Shown here: positions 17,690-27,411 of the stretch, piece after piece
Layout of the letters: each line of letters opens with the position of its first letter
Position numbering within the stretch: the first letter of the stretch is position 1
Assembly: GCA_017647725.1 (NCBI GenBank)
Contig: JAGCKB010000176.1
Coordinates: 1 to 58,328, forward strand
Source of the DNA: Bacteroidaceae bacterium
GTDB lineage: Bacteria; Bacteroidota; Bacteroidia; Bacteroidales; Bacteroidaceae
Reading direction: 5' to 3'
DNA length: 58,328 nucleotides
Notes under the pieces: model-generated
What the model was told of the DNA's origin: nothing
The model's input: only the letters and a program-made list of their open reading frames with translations
Database searches by the model: none
Translations under genes and position numbers: made by a program

Positions 17690-19237
17690 ATGGTAGAACA
17701 AAATGACAGATTAGAGATGGCGTCTGGCGAGCAGATGCAGTTGGTAAAGGGTGCAACAGATGCTGCCCCCGGTAGTGTTGGTCTTGATACTCAGGTGCCC
17801 GGTAAGGCGGCTACTGTGTCGCAGGTTGCGAGCGCTACAGGCGGTGTTGGTGCGGGTAACTTGATTGTTCCCGATATTGACGAACAGCTTTTTAAGTTCA
17901 AGAGTGAGGAAACTCCGCTTATGAGTCTTATGCTCAAGGCGAAGAAGGTGCCAGTAAAGAGTCCCGTGATTAAGCATTATATGCTTGACGAGGCACGTTC
18001 AAGCGTTACAACTATTGCGTCTATAGATGGTGGCGCTTTCCAAACAACATTGCAACTTTCACCTGAGGATCAGGAGTTATTGCGCCCACACACTACTGTG
18101 CTCGTTAAGGGCGTTGACGGCTACGACGAGAAGGGTAACCCTACTCCCGGACAGGAGTTGATGTTGTTTGTGACCGGTCACGACACGACATCTAATCATC
18201 CAATCGTGCGCGCGGTAAATGGCACAAAGGCTGCTCCTACTGATGAGTATAGCAAAGTTCCTGCTATCCCTGCCGGTACAGAGTGTGTTATTCTCGCAAA
18301 TGCTCTCTACGAGACCCAAAAGGAGGTTGACCCCGATTTGATTGTTCCACAGGGTACTGACCTTTATTTGCAGAAACGTGGTCTCAATCAGGTAGTAAGC
18401 GACTATTTCGACGCGCAGAAAAAACAGATTCCTTTCAACCAAGCTGTGATTGCAGAAGCTGCTATCCATAACTTCAAGGTGCGTGGCAACAGAACACTTT
18501 GGGGCGGACGTAAGGGTAAGATGTCGATTGACGTGCCTAAGATGGGTAAACAGGATATTTACTTTACCGAGGGTATCAAATGGCAGTTCAAGCGCGTATT
18601 GCAGCACCGTGGTGAGTGGACTATCAAGCAGCTTATCGCACTTGCGAAGATGTTCTATACAGGTGAGGATGTGCCCTCAACAGCCTTGTTGCTCGGAGGT
18701 AACAACTTTGTGGAGAATATTCAGACACTCGACTTCAAAAACTATCCTAATGTGATTATGTCAGTAAAGACTAACCCTGTAGGTTGGGAGGTGACAAACA
18801 TCCATACTATCTATGGTGACATTCAGATTAAGCGTGAGCCAGCTCTCGACAAACTTGGATGGAGCAACAGCGCTGCACTTATCGGTGAGGACAGACTCGT
18901 TCACTATACATACGCGAGTGAGCACTCATTCAACGACCGCGTTGAGGGACAGGAGGCTACACGAAAGGGTGTGCTTGTTTGGGACGGCCTTGGCTTAAAG
19001 GGTTCTTGCCACATTTGGATCGATGGCGAGGGCGAGGGCGCAAATGCCGGCGCTGTAGTTTACACTACTTGGGATAGCGAGGCAGCTCCAACAGAGACTG
19101 ACCTTGTGGATGGCAAGGTGTATTACCTCTTGAAAGATTGCCCGGGCATCAACGCTAAGGCGGTTGCCGGTGAGATGTGGCAGTACAAGGACGGTAAGTT
19201 CAGTGAGTACAACGGCGTTGTTTACGCAGCAGCCTAA
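17690..19237 (+). CDS. major capsid protein
   Basis: 515-aa ORF after the scaffold-like gene, followed by a strong terminator. The call rests on synteny. Confidence 0.7.
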   Translation: MVEQNDRLEMASGEQMQLVKGATDAAPGSVGLDTQVPGKAATVSQVASATGGVGAGNLIVPDIDEQLFKFKSEETPLMSLMLKAKKVPVKSPVIKHYMLDEARSSVTTIASIDGGAFQTTLQLSPEDQELLRPHTTVLVKGVDGYDEKGNPTPGQELMLFVTGHDTTSNHPIVRAVNGTKAAPTDEYSKVPAIPAGTECVILANALYETQKEVDPDLIVPQGTDLYLQKRGLNQVVSDYFDAQKKQIPFNQAVIAEAAIHNFKVRGNRTLWGGRKGKMSIDVPKMGKQDIYFTEGIKWQFKRVLQHRGEWTIKQLIALAKMFYTGEDVPSTALLLGGNNFVENIQTLDFKNYPNVIMSVKTNPVGWEVTNIHTIYGDIQIKREPALDKLGWSNSAALIGEDRLVHYTYASEHSFNDRVEGQEATRKGVLVWDGLGLKGSCHIWIDGEGEGANAGAVVYTTWDSEAAPTETDLVDGKVYYLLKDCPGINAKAVAGEMWQYKDGKFSEYNGVVYAAA

Positions 19238-19249
19238 CGGTAATTTGAG

Positions 19250-19285
19250 GACGAGGGGCTGATTTAAGTCCCTCGTCTATTTTTA
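19250..19285 (+). terminator. intrinsic terminator after the capsid gene
   Basis: GACGAGGG ... CCCTCGTC stem followed by TATTTTT. Confidence 0.7.
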
Positions 19286-19298
19286 AAAGTGTATTTAT

Positions 19299-19721
19299 AT
19301 GGCGAAAAAAACATACGGTGTAAAAGGATTGATTGAGTGGCACGCTCTTATTCCTTTTGGAAAATCAGCTATGAGTGTGAAATTTACCGGCGGAACTCTT
19401 TCCGGATATGGTATCTCACCCGCTAAATTCACCACAAGCGACAAGATTGCACAGAGTGTGATTGAAAATTCAGCTCTGTTCAAGAGTGGCAAAATTATGC
19501 TTATGGCAGTGTATGAGGAACCGGGCGACAAGGCAGGGGCGTTGGCAGATAAAAAAGCTGAAACAAAAGTGAAACTCTATGAGGTAAAAGTGGCTTCGAT
19601 TGACGACGCGAAGGAGTACCTAATGGAGAAGTTTAAAATAAGCTGGACAAAGTTGCGTACTCAGGATGCGATTATGCAGGCCGGTAAGGCTAATGGTGTT
19701 CAATTTATCATAGGTGAGTAA
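19299..19721 (+). CDS. hypothetical virion protein (head decoration/accessory candidate)
   Basis: 140-aa ORF in the morphogenesis block. Its stop overlaps the next start. Confidence 0.5.
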   Translation: MAKKTYGVKGLIEWHALIPFGKSAMSVKFTGGTLSGYGISPAKFTTSDKIAQSVIENSALFKSGKIMLMAVYEEPGDKAGALADKKAETKVKLYEVKVASIDDAKEYLMEKFKISWTKLRTQDAIMQAGKANGVQFIIGE

Positions 19722-20374
19722 TGTTTTATAATCTTGGAGACATAAAAGAGGCGGTGCGCATTGCGCTTGATGAGAATCGGGTGAGTGACAACTTAATGGA
19801 TATTGATACATTATCGTTGGACGAGATTATCTGTTCAAAGATTGAGGAGGCGGTGAATGATATTCACTCGCGTGCGCCTATATATATGTTGGAACCGGGA
19901 AATATCTCTGATGATGAGGTAATGTTCGCGGAGTCTATCGCGTGGGAAAAGGAGGAAGGTAAGGGTCCGGGATGGACTATTCTACCGAATGACTTTCACC
20001 GCCTTATTGGCTTCAAGATGAGTGATTGGGAGAGACCGGTATATAGTGCTATCCTCCCGGATGATCCCTTATACGCGTTGCAGAAATCGAGATTTGCCGG
20101 TGTAAGGGGCAATACACAGAAACCTGTATGCGCTATTGTGATGCGATCTGTGGGTAGAGTGCTTGAGTTCTTTTCGTGTGCTGAAGGAGAGGGCGTTTAT
20201 GTTGATATGGCTGTGTATCTCCCTGTTTCAAAAATAAAGGAAGAGGGAATAAATATCTGTGAGAGATGCTACAAGAGTGTGGTTTACAAGGTCGCAGGGT
20301 TGGCGGCAGTGAATATGGGTATGGTGGATAAGGCGAATGCTTTGTTTGAAATTTCTAATGGTTTGCTTAAATGA
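19721..20374 (+). CDS. hypothetical virion protein (head-tail adaptor candidate)
   Basis: 217-aa ORF between the capsid-side genes and the tail fibre, overlapping the fibre gene by 4 nt. Confidence 0.5.
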   Translation: MFYNLGDIKEAVRIALDENRVSDNLMDIDTLSLDEIICSKIEEAVNDIHSRAPIYMLEPGNISDDEVMFAESIAWEKEEGKGPGWTILPNDFHRLIGFKMSDWERPVYSAILPDDPLYALQKSRFAGVRGNTQKPVCAIVMRSVGRVLEFFSCAEGEGVYVDMAVYLPVSKIKEEGINICERCYKSVVYKVAGLAAVNMGMVDKANALFEISNGLLK

Positions 20375-23300
20375 AAGAATCAAAAGGTTTTATAACTGAA
20401 AATGTAAAAGGCGATTTGGCAGTTGACAGAAATGCCGTGATTGGACGTGATGCGGATATTCGAGGTAGGGCGTGCGTTGCGGGAGACTTGAAGGTTGAGG
20501 GCTACCTTGACGCACCACATATTAAGGGCGTAGCGAAAGGTTTGTTTAATTCTGTCGAGGAGCTGAAAGAAGCCTACAGTAGACCTCAATTGGGGTGGTT
20601 TGCCTTTGTGCTTGATGACACAGACAAGACTAAAGGTATTTTGTACAAAGCGGATAAGGGCGATTGGGTCGTTACCGATAATAATGGAAGTCCTTTTACG
20701 TTTGAATTGGATTCGCTAAAAGTTCTCGCATCAAAGGAAGAACTTGCGGAAGTGCAGAAAGAGTTGGACCGTTTTAGAAACAATTTGGAATTTCTTCGAG
20801 AAGAGGAGACGACCATACTTATGTTGTATGGGGCTTCCGATGGAACTCCGCGTCCGTTGGCACTTTTAGACGCGGCGACCTCGGATATGGCTGGTGTAAT
20901 GAGTGCCGCAGATAAGCAAGCGTTGGATAATGTTCCTACGTTGATTGAAGCTGAAACTACTCGTGCACAAGCTGCGGAGAACGAATTACAAGATAATATT
21001 AATTCTATCAATACTAATGCTGAAAAAGCTCAACAAGCTCTTGTTAATGGCGACACCATTGTCGGACAAGCAAGAGAAATTTATTCAAAAATAGGTAAGT
21101 TTGATAATGACACTTTCTTAAAGAGATCTACTTGCGGCGGCAACTCTATTACCGATGGTGTTGCAAGTATTAGACAAATTGGTGGTAACATTATTAAGAA
21201 TCTTGTAGATGGTTCATTTGCACAAGGTACTTTTAGCGCAGATGTATCTGCAACAAATGTTGTTGATGGGACTTGTATAATAGAAAGTATTAATCCAGAT
21301 ATTACTTATGCTGGTATAGTTTCTAAAGTGAAACAGATTAAAAATCATATCTATTATATCGGTGCTGATATATATAATGTTAATGGAAATTATATTAACT
21401 TCCTTGTTGGTAGTACAAGTGCTGGCTTATTTTATGGCAATAATGAATGGCAATATTGCAGTGGTGTTTGCACTTATACTTCAGATACTGATTATTCAAG
21501 AATAAGAATACGTTATAATACCGGTAATACTGCGACTTGCTACATTCGTAATTGGGTGCTTATTGACCTTACAGAAATGTTTGGTAACGGTAAAGAACCA
21601 ACTAAAGAAGAGTGTGATAAAATATTTAGTATTATTGACGTTATTCCGCAAGGTATTAACTTTGCTACACCGAAAGCTCTTAAATCTACTGGCTTTAATC
21701 AATTTAATCCTAATAATATTGTTGATAATAAAGCTGTTGTTGAGTGCCTACCTTGTAAAATTGGCAGTGGAGAAAACAATGGTTATGTTATTGGTTATGG
21801 TGAGGGTGATAAGTGGAGTGATGATGGAGTAGAGGTTTATTTTACACCTCTTAATCCAATGACTACAAACGGTGAGCTTTATTTACAAAAACTTGAAAAA
21901 GATTCTACTTATGGTACTTATCTCCCTCATATTAAAGGTTATCTTTTAATTACTACACCAACTTTTGATAAGCTATGCGCTCATCTTCATTGGAGTGATA
22001 GAGCAAAAACCGATTATGAAGAATATATTGAGAGTGTTGCTGAAATACCACAAATGAGTGAGTGGGGACTTGCTGGTATTTCATCGAGTGGAATTGATAT
22101 CCAAGATACTATAGACCTTGAGAATAACAAGTTTATTAAAAGGATTGGTAAAGTTGATTTAGGTGAGCTTACTTGGTCACCACAAACAATGACTTGGTGT
22201 AAATATGTATGCGGAGAGAAAGTTGCATATGTGCCCAAAACAATAGTTGGTAAATTCAACGGCAGTTTTGTTTTTTTATTTCCTACATCGGAGTATATGG
22301 AATATAGAATGTTCCCAATTAAATCAACTTATAATGCTGATGCTGACACTTATACTATTACACAAGAAACTAGTGGGTATAATGTAGGAGAGGTATTTAC
22401 AAAAGATAGCGAGTTTGTCAGATATTGTGCCACTGCTACTAATTTAACAACTGGCAGTGTAGGTTCAGATTACGTTTTTTCAGGAGTCATATCTAGCGAC
22501 TACAACACAACAACTGCTGCTAGAGGATATTATGGTACTAGTTTTAAAAGTATAACAACAAACAGTAAAGGGCAATTTAGACTTAATGATAGCAATTTAG
22601 CTAATAAAACATCTGCTGAAATTAAAGAATATCTTAAAGGTCAGATTGCTTACTACGCATTATTAGAGGAGGAGAAATATCCAATAGTAACTAAAACTGC
22701 TCCTAATTATATTGCTAGTGATTATGGTGTTGAAGAATTTGTAAACAGTGCAATTCCTGTTGGAACTAACACTTTATATTATATGCGTAGTCTTGTTGGA
22801 GAAACAAGGAATTTCTTAGATAAGATGTATGCTAATACTGGTAAAAATAGCAGCAAGGATGTGGCAGATTATATTACTGATGCTATAAATTCATTAGATA
22901 ATCAAGGTATTAAAAAAGATATTGTTTTACCTACTGCTAATGGTACACCACAAAATGGGGCAAATCAAGTTGCTGTGAGAACCATCAAAGCTATACCTGC
23001 TCAAAAAGGAGACAAGGTTGTTGTGGGTGTTAAGGGTGATATTCCCGAGGGGTTGGAGTTAAGATATAGCTACGATGGTGTGAACTCTCTCGATGCAACG
23101 GGGGCTACCGGCTCCAGCGGTTACAGAACTGAGGGTGTTGGCTATTCTACAGCTAAAGGTGCATATAATTATTATGTCGTTACAAAAGACGACACCGTTG
23201 GTTTGTTGTTTGCAGCGGTGCTTTATAATCCAGCTTTAGACCCATCGGACACTAACGCTTATGTTACGCTTCAAGATAAGAATGTAGAACTATATGCAAC

Positions 23301-25134
23301 AGTTGTTCCAAAAGAGTTTTTAACAGAAGGATATGACGATGTGCGCTTTATCTGCTCTTCAAGTAGTGTACCTATTGTGGATGCTACCGCAAGAACTATT
23401 GATTTAGGTTCAGATGCTGTACTATTAATAGGCAAAAAGAACTATATATTATCCGAATACGGAGATGGGCATAGAAACATATCGTTAGAATGTTCAACTG
23501 GTTCATCTGCTACTAAAACAATTTTCAACACCGAGAAGCACACTTTTAGAACCGAGATTTACAACTATGCTTTAGCTGAGAATGAGGTTGTGATTTTTAG
23601 TACTCGATTAATTGTGGGTGGTAAAATCCGTGATATTAGTGCACCATTCAATTATAAGGTGATTAATGGAGAGTATGAATATATTGGTGGCGATGTTACA
23701 TTGATACAGTCGTTGAATAATAAAGATGATATTGTAACCATCGACCCTGTTAATACTACTATTGATTTTGGTGCTGACCCTGTACTCATTATAAAAGGAA
23801 CATCTTATATTTTAAAGAATGTTTGTGCTAATTGGCGAACACTGAACTATAAGGCGAATACAGTATCATCTGCCATCAAGATTATCTTCAACACCGAGAC
23901 TAAATTGCTGCGTGGCGAGATATATGGCAAGGCTTTAGGCAGTGGCGATGTGGTTATTGGTTCAATCAGGCATTGGGCTGCCGACAGGGTTATTGCATCG
24001 TTCCCATTTGATTACAAGATTAAAGGTGATGTGGCAAATGAAAATGTGGGGCAGATACAGGCTCGCACTGGTATTGATTTTATAGCTCACAGAGGAATTG
24101 CACAAAATGGTATTCCCGAAAATTCGCTGGATGCTTACAGATATGCCGGGTATTGTGGATTTAAATATGTTGAGACTGATTTTTGTCCTACAAAAGATAA
24201 TGAGCTGGTGCTGATGCACGATGCAAGCATCAACAGAACAATGATGAACAAGAGCGACTACTCCACAATAGCAGATACTATTAATGTTGCCGACAAGACA
24301 CTGCAAGAGCTGCGCGACAATTATGTTCTAAAAAGCTCCGATGTAAGGTTCAGGCGCGAGATTCCAACGCTTGCCGAGTTCTTTAATACTTGCAAGCACA
24401 GCGGGGTGTTTCCAATAGCTGAAATCAAGACAAGCGGAACAACACAAGAGCACGTTCTTCAAGCCTATGAACTTGGCAAGAGTATTCTTGGTGAGGGTAA
24501 CTTTGGTTTTACATCATTCTCAAATGAGTTGTTGGACTATGCGAGAAGTCTATCGGAAAAGACTCCTCTGTGGTATATCAGCACACAAATTGTTGGTACT
24601 ACAAATTCAATTACAGGTAAGTCCAGAGAGAGTGATGCTACTTGGTGGTATCCAAGCTACTCTACATTGACCGAGGAGGATGTTAAGGCTCATAAGATGG
24701 CTGGTATAAAAGTTGCTGCTTGGACTGTTCCTGTTGCCAGTGTTGACAAGCTCATTAAACTGAATATTGATAGCATTGCTGGCGATTATCTATCTTCAGA
24801 TATTTGTGGCTTGGTTGGAAAGGTGGCAAAATCGGCAAAGGGTTTTAGTGATTTTGCTACTAATGGAGCAGTTGCCAATAATATACTTTCTTTAACAAGT
24901 GGGCAGACTCTAACATCTACAATGGATGCTGGGTGGCTTGGTGGTTATTTCTTCAGCATTATTGCAAAGGGTAATTTCAAGGTAACTGCAAAGAATTTGT
25001 CAACTACTCTTGTTGCTGATAAGCCCGAGAGGTTTATCTATCAAGGTTTGGCAATGGGTGTGACTACTTTTAAGATTGAGGCTGTTGGTGATACACAGAT
25101 TGAATTTGTTGAGATTGGTGTTGTAGAGTTTTAA
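20371..25134 (+). CDS. tail fibre/spike protein with C-terminal glycerophosphodiester phosphodiesterase (GDPD) domain
   Basis: 1587 aa. The central part is A/T-rich. There is an internal duplication of a ~95-aa module (about nt 23389-23670 and 23752-24027). The C-terminal GDPD motifs are listed in the next feature. Confidence 0.8.
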   Translation: MKESKGFITENVKGDLAVDRNAVIGRDADIRGRACVAGDLKVEGYLDAPHIKGVAKGLFNSVEELKEAYSRPQLGWFAFVLDDTDKTKGILYKADKGDWVVTDNNGSPFTFELDSLKVLASKEELAEVQKELDRFRNNLEFLREEETTILMLYGASDGTPRPLALLDAATSDMAGVMSAADKQALDNVPTLIEAETTRAQAAENELQDNINSINTNAEKAQQALVNGDTIVGQAREIYSKIGKFDNDTFLKRSTCGGNSITDGVASIRQIGGNIIKNLVDGSFAQGTFSADVSATNVVDGTCIIESINPDITYAGIVSKVKQIKNHIYYIGADIYNVNGNYINFLVGSTSAGLFYGNNEWQYCSGVCTYTSDTDYSRIRIRYNTGNTATCYIRNWVLIDLTEMFGNGKEPTKEECDKIFSIIDVIPQGINFATPKALKSTGFNQFNPNNIVDNKAVVECLPCKIGSGENNGYVIGYGEGDKWSDDGVEVYFTPLNPMTTNGELYLQKLEKDSTYGTYLPHIKGYLLITTPTFDKLCAHLHWSDRAKTDYEEYIESVAEIPQMSEWGLAGISSSGIDIQDTIDLENNKFIKRIGKVDLGELTWSPQTMTWCKYVCGEKVAYVPKTIVGKFNGSFVFLFPTSEYMEYRMFPIKSTYNADADTYTITQETSGYNVGEVFTKDSEFVRYCATATNLTTGSVGSDYVFSGVISSDYNTTTAARGYYGTSFKSITTNSKGQFRLNDSNLANKTSAEIKEYLKGQIAYYALLEEEKYPIVTKTAPNYIASDYGVEEFVNSAIPVGTNTLYYMRSLVGETRNFLDKMYANTGKNSSKDVADYITDAINSLDNQGIKKDIVLPTANGTPQNGANQVAVRTIKAIPAQKGDKVVVGVKGDIPEGLELRYSYDGVNSLDATGATGSSGYRTEGVGYSTAKGAYNYYVVTKDDTVGLLFAAVLYNPALDPSDTNAYVTLQDKNVELYATVVPKEFLTEGYDDVRFICSSSSVPIVDATARTIDLGSDAVLLIGKKNYILSEYGDGHRNISLECSTGSSATKTIFNTEKHTFRTEIYNYALAENEVVIFSTRLIVGGKIRDISAPFNYKVINGEYEYIGGDVTLIQSLNNKDDIVTIDPVNTTIDFGADPVLIIKGTSYILKNVCANWRTLNYKANTVSSAIKIIFNTETKLLRGEIYGKALGSGDVVIGSIRHWAADRVIASFPFDYKIKGDVANENVGQIQARTGIDFIAHRGIAQNGIPENSLDAYRYAGYCGFKYVETDFCPTKDNELVLMHDASINRTMMNKSDYSTIADTINVADKTLQELRDNYVLKSSDVRFRREIPTLAEFFNTCKHSGVFPIAEIKTSGTTQEHVLQAYELGKSILGEGNFGFTSFSNELLDYARSLSEKTPLWYISTQIVGTTNSITGKSRESDATWWYPSYSTLTEEDVKAHKMAGIKVAAWTVPVASVDKLIKLNIDSIAGDYLSSDICGLVGKVAKSAKGFSDFATNGAVANNILSLTSGQTLTSTMDAGWLGGYFFSIIAKGNFKVTAKNLSTTLVADKPERFIYQGLAMGVTTFKIEAVGDTQIEFVEIGVVEF
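24070..24790 (+). other. GDPD (GlpQ/UgpQ-like) phosphodiesterase domain of the tail fibre
   Basis: AHRGIAQNGIPENSLDAYRYAGYCGFKYVETDFCPTKDNELVLMHDASINRT matches the HRG..PEN(S/T)...E.D...TKD..LV..HD signature of the GDPD family. Confidence 0.8.
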
Positions 25135-25149
25135 ATAGTATAAATAATT

Positions 25150-25746
25150 ATGATATACGGAACACATAATTCAGCCACAGGAGGTAAGCTCCTGTGGTGG
25201 TTAAAACCTCTTGCTTGGCTGATTAATCCCACGTCAAAATGTCAAGATAGAACCATCGCCGACCAGCTCAGTGATGGTGTTAAGCTATTCAATCTGCAAG
25301 TTGCCTACGTTGGTGGCAAGTGGAGATTTAGTCACGGGTTAGCTATCTACAAAGAAGATGTCATTGAGACGCTTGCAATGATGAAGGCTTGTGCTACAAA
25401 GGATGAGCCGATATATGTTCAGCTTTACCTTGACAGGTGCTTTTGGTGCAAGCTGGATATTGAGGAGTTTGAGTTCTTGATTGAGCAGCTTAAGGTTGAG
25501 CTATGCAGTGATGAATTTATAATGCTTGATAGTTGGGTTGAAGGCACTAAATATCACCCATATTGCAGTGGGGTGAGGATAAGCCTTGAGGAGCATTATT
25601 GGAGTCTTGGCTGGGGTAAAATGTTTGGAAAGACTTGGTTGGATAAGTTGCCTTTACCGAAGAGGCACGCTAAAAAGTATAATGCTAAATACAAGAGTGA
25701 GTGTGAGAAGGAATATTTAATGTTGGATTATTACAATTATGAGTGA
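25150..25746 (+). CDS. PLC-like (PI-PLC X-domain-like) phosphodiesterase fragment, tentative
   Basis: YGTHNSAT, CQDRTIADQLSDGVKLFNLQV and RFSHG resemble the PGTHDS / Q...QL..G.R.(F/L)D.R / HHG motifs of bacterial PI-PLC. The ORF is only 198 aa, and the FD.R positions read FNLQ. Confidence 0.45.
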   Translation: MIYGTHNSATGGKLLWWLKPLAWLINPTSKCQDRTIADQLSDGVKLFNLQVAYVGGKWRFSHGLAIYKEDVIETLAMMKACATKDEPIYVQLYLDRCFWCKLDIEEFEFLIEQLKVELCSDEFIMLDSWVEGTKYHPYCSGVRISLEEHYWSLGWGKMFGKTWLDKLPLPKRHAKKYNAKYKSECEKEYLMLDYYNYE

Positions 25747-26197
25747 TTTTAGCTTTCACCTGAATATCACGCAGGATATCGGACACGGAATGACGCTGAT
25801 ATTCATATGTGCAGTGGCGATATTGCTTGCTGTGTTGATTGATCTCTCTACCGGTGTGGAGCGGGCGAAGAAGTGCAAAGAAAGAATCAAGAGCCACATT
25901 CTGCGAAGAACCATAAGCAAGGTGGTGGACTACTATAGGCTGTTGTTTTTTGGTGTGATTATAGACGTTCTTGGGCTTGCTTTCGTGTGGTATAATATGC
26001 CTTACTGCGCAGTGGTGGTTGCTGTGGGCGTAGTACTCATCGAAGCCAAGAGCGTGCTCGAGAATTACCACAAAATGAAGAGTGCGGCAAGGGATATGCC
26101 GGCTGTGGTGAAGCAGATAATTGACGCGGTGACCGACAAGGATGCGGAGAAGATAATCGAATTGATTAAGGACAATGACAAGAGAGAAGATGAATAA
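25739..26197 (+). CDS. holin
   Basis: 152 aa with three hydrophobic helices and the LIEAKSVLEN motif typical of phage holin families, just upstream of the lysin-like gene. Confidence 0.6.
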   Translation: MSDFSFHLNITQDIGHGMTLIFICAVAILLAVLIDLSTGVERAKKCKERIKSHILRRTISKVVDYYRLLFFGVIIDVLGLAFVWYNMPYCAVVVAVGVVLIEAKSVLENYHKMKSAARDMPAVVKQIIDAVTDKDAEKIIELIKDNDKREDE

Positions 26198-26591
26198 GCC
26201 AAGAGGACTGAAGAATAACAACCCATTGAATATTCGCAAGAATAATACAAAATGGCAGGGGCTTGCCGAGGTGCAGAAAGATAAGGCATTCTTTACTTTC
26301 GTTGCACCTGAATGGGGCTACAGGGCCGCCTTGAGAACATTGCAAAACTACAATCGCGTGCACAGGCTTGGCACTATACGCGAATGGATTTATCGTTGGG
26401 CACCGCCTTGCGAGAACCCCACGGAGAATTATCTTAATTTCGTGTGTCAGAAGGTGGAGATGCCGGCTGATGCTTGCCCGAGGATAAGCAACAAGAAGAT
26501 AATGTGCGATATTGTGGCGGCAATGAGCCACTTTGAGAATGGTGTGCCGGCAGTGATGGGGGATGTTTGTAAAGGTTGGGAGTTGCTATAA
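26175..26591 (+). CDS. putative endolysin / cell-wall hydrolase
   Basis: NNNPLNIRKNNTKWQG ... YRWAP motif pattern as I recall it from small phage muralytic proteins, plus its position between holin and spanin-like genes. The alternative start at 26190 overlaps the holin stop. Confidence 0.45.
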   Translation: MTREKMNKPRGLKNNNPLNIRKNNTKWQGLAEVQKDKAFFTFVAPEWGYRAALRTLQNYNRVHRLGTIREWIYRWAPPCENPTENYLNFVCQKVEMPADACPRISNKKIMCDIVAAMSHFENGVPAVMGDVCKGWELL

Positions 26592-26592
26592 T

Positions 26593-27021
26593 ATGAAAAT
26601 GCTTATTCGCATATCGGAGATGTTGTTGCGCATTTTGTTTTGGGCAGTGGTTGTCACTGCCTGCTGTGCGCTGTTTTCGTGCCGCACGGTGCAGTATGTA
26701 CCGGTGGAGACGATTAAGACCGAGACAGAGCGCGTGGTGGATATTCAGCGCGACTCTATCTATATTCTTGACTCTGTGTTCGTGCGCGAGGCTAATGACA
26801 CGATCTATATCACCAAATGGCGCGTGGAGTATAAGGAGGCGCTGAGGGTGGATACGCTCAACGTGGAGCGCATTGATACACTGATTACTATCGTGGAGGT
26901 GGAGAAGAGACTCACCAAGTGGCAGCAGACTAAGATGGATGTTGGCGCAGGAGTGCTCTATGCTGTGTCTATTCTTACCGCGGTGGGGCTGTTCGTTCTA
27001 TATCGTAAATTGAAAAAGTAA
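26593..27021 (+). CDS. unimolecular spanin-like protein (N-terminal lipoprotein signal + C-terminal TM anchor)
   Basis: MKMLIRISEMLLRILFWAVVVTACCALFSC resembles a lipobox. The C-terminal segment GAGVLYAVSILTAVGLFVLYRKLKK is hydrophobic. It is the last gene of the lysis cassette. The track ORF starts at 26563, inside the lysin gene. Confidence 0.5.
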   Translation: MKMLIRISEMLLRILFWAVVVTACCALFSCRTVQYVPVETIKTETERVVDIQRDSIYILDSVFVREANDTIYITKWRVEYKEALRVDTLNVERIDTLITIVEVEKRLTKWQQTKMDVGAGVLYAVSILTAVGLFVLYRKLKK

Positions 27022-27108
27022 TCACATTACATACAATCTAATAGCGCGGCTTATTGGTAGTCGTGCTATACTTATATATGCTTATAATTAACTTAACTTT
27101 TTAAATGT

Positions 27109-27411
27109 ATGAACAAGAATGCTAAAGAGGTATATGACCGAGTTCTCGCGGTTGTGCTCGATGACTTTGGATTGACCGCGGAAAAAATGTTTAACTCAAA
27201 CGAACCTGACTGTGTAAATGCCAGAGCGTCGTTGATTATATCTTTACGCGATGAGGGGTTGAGCGATAAAGAGATCGCCGATTGCACACAGAAAATGAGA
27301 CGTTGCAGCGTGTGCCTCATCCGTAATAGATATAGTGACAAAACGGCGCACTGGGAGGTTAAGATGTGCATTGAACGAATTAAAAAGCTGAAAGGTGGGG
27401 CTAACTCATAA
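27109..27411 (+). CDS. hypothetical protein with possible HTH segment
   Basis: 100 aa. LSDKEIADCTQ resembles an HTH. It converges on, and overlaps by 11 nt, the integrase 3' end. Confidence 0.45.
   Translation: MNKNAKEVYDRVLAVVLDDFGLTAEKMFNSNEPDCVNARASLIISLRDEGLSDKEIADCTQKMRRCSVCLIRNRYSDKTAHWEVKMCIERIKKLKGGANS

Noticed and set aside
23389-24027. Diversity-generating retroelement (template/variable repeat) in the tail fibre
   Set aside because: The two repeated modules are diverged at the protein level throughout, not adenine-specific near-identical DNA repeats. No reverse transcriptase gene is present in the window.
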